Assembly: GCA_963666565.1 (NCBI GenBank) | Contig: OY762911.1 | Span: 4,672,001-4,736,000 of the forward strand | Source: Thermoanaerobaculia bacterium | Lineage (GTDB): Bacteria; Acidobacteriota; Thermoanaerobaculia; Multivoradales; Multivoraceae | Direction of reading: 5' to 3' | Length of the DNA: 64,000 nucleotides | Shown here: one piece after another, positions 58,512 through 64,000 of the stretch | Numbering within the stretch: position 1 is the first letter of the stretch | Layout of the letters: each line of letters starts with the position of its first letter | Position numbers and translations under genes: made by a program | The notes under the pieces: model-generated | What the model was told of the DNA's origin: nothing | What the model saw: only the letters and a program-made list of their open reading frames with translations | Database searches by the model: none

Positions 58512-61445
58512 ATGCAGTCGACCCGCCTCCGGGCACGTCTTCTTGCGACCCTCCTGGCAACGGCCTGCGTCCTCCTGATCGGCGGCGCCGGCTTCGCCCA
58601 GACGATCACCGGCACCGTCCAGGGCTACATCTCGGATGTCGAGGGCGGCCCGATTCCCGGCGTCACGGTGACCGTCACCAACCAGGACACCGGCATCGCC
58701 CGCGCCGCCATCGCGGACGCCAACGGCTTCTACAGCGCCAAGGCGCTCCAGGTCGGCACCTACTCGGTGACCGCCGAACTCGCCGGCATGCAGACCACGC
58801 AGCAGAGCGACGTCTCCGTCCTGGTCGGCCAGATCAAGGACGTCAACCTGACCCTCGAGGTCGAGTCGACCTCCGAGGTGATCACCGTCACGTCCGAGGC
58901 CCCGATCATCGAGGTCAGTCGTTCGGGCGCCGCCAACTACATCGACGAGGTCGCCATCGAGAGCCTGCCGATCGTCGGCCGCGACTTCACCGACTTCGCG
59001 ATTCTCACTCCCGGCGTCCAGCGCGACCGTTCCCGCGGCTTCCTGACCATGGCCGGTCAGCGCGGCATGTACAGCGGCCTGTCGGTCGACGGCGCGGACA
59101 ACAAGAGCACCTTCTTCGGTTACGGCCGCGGCGGCGAGGCCACCGAGAACGACGGCCTGATCATCGCCCAGGACACGGTGCGCCAGTTCCAGGTCATCAC
59201 GAACGGCTTCTCGGCCGAGTACGGCCGGCACGGCGGCGCCTTCATCAACGTCGTCACGAAGTCCGGCACGAACGAGCTCAGGGGTTCGGCCTTCTACCAG
59301 TTCCGGGACGACAGCATGGCCGAGGATCTGCCGTCCTCGCCGCTCGACGACTTCAACGACCGCGACGGCTCGCGTCCGGTGGACACGTTCGACACCCAGA
59401 ACTACGGCGTCTCGATCGGCGGGCCGTTCAAGCGCGACCGTACCCACTACTATTTCGGAATCGACCAGCGCGACCAGGACATCCCGTTCACCCGGTTCCT
59501 GACCAACCGCGGCGGCAGCGTCTATGACCTGGTCATGCAGCGAGCGCAGAGCGAGCCCGCCTTCGCCGCCCTGGTGGACGGCTTCGAGCGAAACTCCGAC
59601 GGCTCCGCCACCGGCCTGTTCACGCGCTCGGTGAGCAACCAGATCCTGTTCGGCAAGCTGGACCACCAGATCAGCGACGCGAACCTGATCACCCTGCGAG
59701 CCAACTGGACGGACTTCGAACGGGAGAGCAGCTTCCTCGACGAGGAGTCGCTCAAGACGGAGGACACGCTGTCGATCATCGCGTCGATGACCTCGGTCGT
59801 CGGCAGCCGCGGCGTGAACGAGTTCCGAATTCAGACGGCCGACGACAACCTGGATCGCCTGTCCTTGCGGGTCGGCACGCCGATCGAGGCGCAGGTCCGC
59901 TTCCGCTGGAACGGCGCGAGCGTCGGCAAGTACGACTTCCTGCCGATCTTCGTGGAGGAGTCGCAGCTCCAGGTCAAGAACGACTTCTCCTACCTGTTCG
60001 GCGCCCACGACATGAAGTTCGGCGTCGACTACTCGAAGGACGACCTGGCCCAGCTCTTCGCCGGCAGCCGCGACGGCCGCTACGACTTCCGCTCGCCGGA
60101 GGACTTCCTGTCCAACAACTCAAGCGCCGCCCGGATCTGGTTCGGCGATTCGACCTATCCGAACTACGACGAGACCCAGGCGGCTCTCGCCTTCTACGGC
60201 CAGGACAGCCAGAAGCGCGACAACATGACGATCAGCTACGGCCTCCGCTACACGTCCACGGACAACCCGGACGGTCTCGATCATCTGCATCCGGACGGCC
60301 GCCAGATCCCGGACACCGAGAACCTGGCGCCCCGCTTCGGCTTCGCCATGGCCCAGGACGAGGGCCGGTCGGTTCTCCGCGGCGGCATCGGCTTCTTCTT
60401 CGGGCGCACGCCCACCCTGCTGTTCGCCAACCAGGTTCAGGCCAACGGCGTGCCGCCGAACTACGGCCGCATCACCGTCACTCCCGGCGAGAACGGCTAC
60501 GTGCCGCTCGGAACGCCGATCGACAATGAGAACCCGCCGCCGGGCATCATCCCCGCGATCTCCTACGTCGACCCCGAGTTCGACGACGCCCAGACGCTGC
60601 GCGCCAGCATCGGCTGGGAGCGGGAGCTCGGCGACGGCTGGAGCGCCGGAGTCGACGCCGTGTACGCGGAGGGCACGAGCCTGCAGCGCAACACGGACTT
60701 CAACCGCGTCTTCGGCGGCTACGACGAGTACGGTCGCCCGATGTGGAACGGCCGCAACGAAGGAACCTGCCCCGGAGTCCCGGGCGCCGAATGCGCCGAG
60801 ATCCTGGTTCGGCAGTCCCGCGGCGAGTCCGAGTACCAGGCGGTCACGCTGAAGGCGAACAGGCGCTTCACCGGCCGCTACCAGATGAGCGCCCACTACA
60901 CCTGGGGCAAGGATCGCGACACCGACTCGAACGAGCGTTCGGCGACCGGCGTCACGATCTCGGACACCGGCAACCTCGACTACGACTGGGGTCTCTCGGA
61001 CCGCGACGTCAAGCACCGTCTGGTGGTCACCGGCATGATCCAGTTGCCGCTCGACTTCCAGATCTCGGGCATCGTGAACTACCAGTCGGGTACCCCGTAC
61101 ACGCTGGTCGACAACGGCGTCGACTGGGCTTACTGTCGCACGGTCGGCTGGAACTGCCCGGACTACCGTGCGGTGATGGACGGCGTCGTCGTCGGCCGGA
61201 ACACGGAGCGGAACGAGTCGATCCAGACGATCGACGTTCGCCTCGGCAAGTTCTTCACCTTCGGCGACGGCATGCGGCTCGACGTCTTCGTCGAGGCGTT
61301 CAACCTGTTCGACGAGAACAGCTTCGGCGTCGGCTTCAACCAGCGCAACATCCGCAACGGCAACGTTCCCGACGACTTCGGGGTCCCGTCGTACCTGACG
61401 ACGCGCCCGCGCCAGTTGCAGATCGGAGGCCGGTTCAGCTTCTAG
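58512..61445 (+). CDS. TonB-dependent receptor (Oar-like, with an N-terminal carboxypeptidase-regulatory-like domain)
   Basis: Signal peptide ending GFA-Q; GTVQG..GGPIPGVTVTVTN; LPIVGRDF; FSAEYGRHGGAFINVVTKSGTN; NLAPRFGFA; C-terminal QIGGRFSF (terminal Phe typical of outer-membrane barrels). Confidence 0.93.
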   Translation: MQSTRLRARLLATLLATACVLLIGGAGFAQTITGTVQGYISDVEGGPIPGVTVTVTNQDTGIARAAIADANGFYSAKALQVGTYSVTAELAGMQTTQQSDVSVLVGQIKDVNLTLEVESTSEVITVTSEAPIIEVSRSGAANYIDEVAIESLPIVGRDFTDFAILTPGVQRDRSRGFLTMAGQRGMYSGLSVDGADNKSTFFGYGRGGEATENDGLIIAQDTVRQFQVITNGFSAEYGRHGGAFINVVTKSGTNELRGSAFYQFRDDSMAEDLPSSPLDDFNDRDGSRPVDTFDTQNYGVSIGGPFKRDRTHYYFGIDQRDQDIPFTRFLTNRGGSVYDLVMQRAQSEPAFAALVDGFERNSDGSATGLFTRSVSNQILFGKLDHQISDANLITLRANWTDFERESSFLDEESLKTEDTLSIIASMTSVVGSRGVNEFRIQTADDNLDRLSLRVGTPIEAQVRFRWNGASVGKYDFLPIFVEESQLQVKNDFSYLFGAHDMKFGVDYSKDDLAQLFAGSRDGRYDFRSPEDFLSNNSSAARIWFGDSTYPNYDETQAALAFYGQDSQKRDNMTISYGLRYTSTDNPDGLDHLHPDGRQIPDTENLAPRFGFAMAQDEGRSVLRGGIGFFFGRTPTLLFANQVQANGVPPNYGRITVTPGENGYVPLGTPIDNENPPPGIIPAISYVDPEFDDAQTLRASIGWERELGDGWSAGVDAVYAEGTSLQRNTDFNRVFGGYDEYGRPMWNGRNEGTCPGVPGAECAEILVRQSRGESEYQAVTLKANRRFTGRYQMSAHYTWGKDRDTDSNERSATGVTISDTGNLDYDWGLSDRDVKHRLVVTGMIQLPLDFQISGIVNYQSGTPYTLVDNGVDWAYCRTVGWNCPDYRAVMDGVVVGRNTERNESIQTIDVRLGKFFTFGDGMRLDVFVEAFNLFDENSFGVGFNQRNIRNGNVPDDFGVPSYLTTRPRQLQIGGRFSF

Positions 61446-61500
61446 GCTGAGCGGTGCCAGAGCAGCCGCGGCGCCCGAGGCCGCGGCAAAGAGAAATCGA

Positions 61501-61532
61501 GGGCCTCCCCAGCAACGGGGAGGCCCTTCTTC
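61501..61532 (+). terminator. intrinsic terminator hairpin
   Basis: GGGCCTCCCC-AGCAAC-GGGGAGGCCC followed by TTCTT, between convergent genes. Confidence 0.75.
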
Positions 61533-61553
61533 GTCAACGATCGCGGAGCGGCT

Positions 61554-62522
61554 TCAGAGCCGGAGAAGTCGAAGGAGTTCCGCTTCGTCGGCACACATCT
61601 GCGCCGCCTTGGCGATCTCGACCTCGGACAAGCCGCGGAGGCCGGCCAGGCGTTCGGCAAGGTCCGGGCTCGTCGGTACGCCGCGCGCATCGAGCACGGC
61701 GACCGCCATCCGGGCACGCCCTGCGGCGAGGCCCTCGTCACGGCCCTCGTCGCGCTCAGCTCGCAGCCACGGATCGTCGTCCGGGCCGGTACCCTCGAGC
61801 GCGCCCATAGCGCGGCCCACGCGACGGAGAACCTCCAGGGTCTCCGGCGACGGCAGGTCGCGGCTCAGGGCAACGTGGATCTCTTCGGCGGTCCAGCCCG
61901 GAAAGGCCCGGCTGGAGGCCGCTTCCCGGAAGCGCTCGCCGTGGTGAAGGTGAATCGTCAGACCGGACAGCAACGACCTCGGATACGAGCGTTCGTCCGG
62001 CACGTCGATCCAGACCTCCGGGAAGCCCCAAGCCTCGTACAGCGGCAGCTTCCACAACCGCGCGTCGGTCGAGTAGTCGACTTCCAGCACGACGTCCGGC
62101 AGTTCGCCGCCGTCAATGTCCACCCGCGCCCCGGCCGGCAACGCGGCCGGATCCAGGTAGAGGATCTGGTCGGCCTGCATCAGCACCCTGTACCCGCCGT
62201 CAGCCTTGGCGCGCACCAGATCCGCCGTCCCCAACGTCTCGATCGGCGCGCCTCTCGACGCCGCGATGCGCTCGGCCAACCTGGCCAACCGCTGCGAGGG
62301 GCGCTCGTGATAGACGGTCGTCGGTTCGCGCAGGACCATGGCCCGCTCCGTGCGTTCCTCCCAGTACTCCACGCGGCCCTCGTAGTCGTCGATCCGCTCC
62401 TTCGGGATCCGAACCGTCCGGCAACCGGACTCGGCGGCCAGGGCCAGCGGCGATGCAACCGGCTCGGGACGTCCCGCTTCCGGCGGCCGCGGGTTCGGGG
62501 TTCGGACGGGCGGTTCAGCCAT
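61554..62522 (-). CDS. Uma2-like putative endonuclease
   Basis: MQADQILY, LPDVVLEVDYST..KLPLYEAWGFPEVWID and an E.RDEGRDEG tail; TACGCT 6 nt before ATG 62522. Confidence 0.75.
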   Translation of the reverse strand: MAEPPVRTPNPRPPEAGRPEPVASPLALAAESGCRTVRIPKERIDDYEGRVEYWEERTERAMVLREPTTVYHERPSQRLARLAERIAASRGAPIETLGTADLVRAKADGGYRVLMQADQILYLDPAALPAGARVDIDGGELPDVVLEVDYSTDARLWKLPLYEAWGFPEVWIDVPDERSYPRSLLSGLTIHLHHGERFREAASSRAFPGWTAEEIHVALSRDLPSPETLEVLRRVGRAMGALEGTGPDDDPWLRAERDEGRDEGLAAGRARMAVAVLDARGVPTSPDLAERLAGLRGLSEVEIAKAAQMCADEAELLRLLRL

Positions 62523-62544
62523 GGCCCGAGCGTACACCGGCGCT

Positions 62545-62700
62545 CGGGCCTTCGGCAGCGAGAACCCGGACTGCGGAACGTCGCGGTCGAGAAAGGTCTC
62601 CACGAAACTCTGGCGCCACAGGGCGGACAGGTCGCCGTCCTCGGCCAGAAAGCTGCGAGGGAACCCGCCCCGCAACCAGAGCTTCCGCCATCCGCCTGGA
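62545..62700 (-). pseudogene. fragment of an AAA-ATPase/DUF4143-type gene
   Basis: KLWLRGGFPRSFLA..WRQSFVETFLDRDVPQSG matches the central motif of that family; no Walker motifs nearby. Confidence 0.6.
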
Positions 62701-62767
62701 GTTGCTTGAAAATCGCTCGGTCAAGAGACGATTTTCCCGAAACTTCCGGTGCGGACCGCGTCTCAGG

Positions 62768-64000
62768 CTACCCGGCCACCCAGGGAATCGTCTGCGGACC
62801 TTCGGGCAGCACGCAGATGCGCGCGTCGGGCCGCGCCGCCACGCACTCGGCGAGCGCGTCGTCGAGGTCGGGCGCCGGCTCGAAGTGCGCGGCGGCAAGC
62901 TGCTCCCCGCTCAGGCCGTCCGCCTTGACCAGCACCCGGGCGCGGCGCTGGATCAGCGCCTGAACCTGGACCTGCCACTGATCTGGCTCGGTCGTCGGAC
63001 GAGCCTCGATCTGCTGGAGCAATTCCTCGGGCGAGCCGCCGCGGCCGAGCAGTTCGGCGTAGCGGCCGTGGTCCGGAATGCCGTCGCTGCACTCGGCCGC
63101 GCAGAGGATGGTTCCGCCGTCGGCGACCACCTGCGCGGCCGCCGACATCCCCTTGACCGCCTGGTAGAGGTTCTGGTCGAGCGGGTAGCCGGAGTTCGTC
63201 GTCACGACGACGTCGAACCGGTGGCCGGTCTCCCGCATGGCAATCGGCTTCGCGGTCGCGCAGGCCCGCCGGTGCATCTCGAAGAGTTCGCCAGCGAAGA
63301 CGTACGTGATCCTCTGCTGCCGGTCGAGCAGCACGTCGACGCTGAAGTGCGGCTTCGCCTCCGGCCGCGCCGCGATCGCCCGGATGTCGCCGTGCAGCGG
63401 GTTGTCGTCGATGATCCCCCAGGTCGACCGCGGATCGCCCACGCGGGCGGCGTCGTGCAGGGTGAGCACCGTGTCGAGCCCGGCGAGCCCCGGCGCCACC
63501 ATCTTCGGGCCGCCCGAGAAGCCCGCGAAGAAGTGCGGCTCGACGAAGCCGGTCGTGATCCGGAGGTCGGCCTCCAGCCAGTGGCGGCAGAGCCGGGTCG
63601 GGACGCCGGCGCCGGTCTCTCCCAGGTCGACGAGCGAGGCGTCGTCGCGGGCGTCGTGGTTGACCACGCGGCAGGCGCCGAGGATCTCGTCGCCCAGCAT
63701 CGCCCGGAGTTCGGCCCGCGTGTTGGCCCGATGAGTGCCGGTGGCGATCAGGATGGTGACGTCCTCCGGGCGAACGATGCCGTCGAGTTCCCGCAGAACC
63801 GCGGCGACCATCTCCCGCCGCGGCTGCGCCCGGGTGATGTCGCACACCGAGATCGCGACGGTCTGTCCCGGCTTCGCCAACTCGCGGAGGGGCGGTCCGG
63901 CGACCGGTCGCCGCAGCGCCGCTGTCAGAGCCGCGGCCGGTTCGTCCAGTGCGGGCGCCTGGATCGGCTCGATCACGGTCGTCCGCTCGCGCGGCACGTT
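62768..64000 (-). CDS. larA: nickel-dependent lactate racemase family protein (5' end outside the window)
   Basis: CDITRAQP, ATGTHR, VVNHD, EPHFFAGFSGGPK, GYPLDQNLYQAVKG and EC.DG. Confidence 0.88.
   Translation of the reverse strand, partial: NVPRERTTVIEPIQAPALDEPAAALTAALRRPVAGPPLRELAKPGQTVAISVCDITRAQPRREMVAAVLRELDGIVRPEDVTILIATGTHRANTRAELRAMLGDEILGACRVVNHDARDDASLVDLGETGAGVPTRLCRHWLEADLRITTGFVEPHFFAGFSGGPKMVAPGLAGLDTVLTLHDAARVGDPRSTWGIIDDNPLHGDIRAIAARPEAKPHFSVDVLLDRQQRITYVFAGELFEMHRRACATAKPIAMRETGHRFDVVVTTNSGYPLDQNLYQAVKGMSAAAQVVADGGTILCAAECSDGIPDHGRYAELLGRGGSPEELLQQIEARPTTEPDQWQVQVQALIQRRARVLVKADGLSGEQLAAAHFEPAPDLDDALAECVAARPDARICVLPEGPQTIPWVAG

Noticed and set aside
54329-61445. Diversity-generating retroelement (template/variable repeat pair)
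   Set aside because: No reverse transcriptase is present, the repeat is 2.4 kb long, and the differences are not adenine-specific and include block indels.

Overview
GC-rich bacterial chromosome segment; the Oar-like TonB-dependent receptors suggest Acidobacteriota, but that is inference only. Core genes: partial boxB, pdxH, pheS-pheT, rsmE, aroC, deoC plus two aldehyde dehydrogenases, murA, lhr, mrpD-like, lysR-gltB-gltD and partial larA. Accessory and defence-type genes are interspersed: a PemI/PemK toxin-antitoxin pair, a 1856-aa GHKL-ATPase/DUF3883-like nuclease protein, a convergent MTase plus PD-(D/E)XK pair, an MTase plus XamI-like pair, two Uma2 proteins and an ISL3 remnant. The standout is at 54.3-61.4 kb. 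A complete TonB-dependent receptor (58512-61445, +) has an inverted, still-open, 5'-truncated paralogous cassette (54329-56734, -) that differs mainly in discrete loop-like blocks. Between them sit a P4-type tyrosine integrase and the receptor's promoter and 5' end. Inverting 56.7-59.1 kb would join the promoter, signal peptide and N-terminus in frame to the alternative barrel, making this a candidate integrase-driven receptor switch. Other patterns: 11 copies of an intergenic REP-like palindrome, three minicistrons overlapping both flanking genes (one Phe-rich, between pheS and pheT), many apparently leaderless genes, and a tandem pair of atypical QueG-like Fe-S proteins. No rRNA, tRNA or CRISPR array was seen. 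All calls come from reading motifs by eye; no database searches were run.
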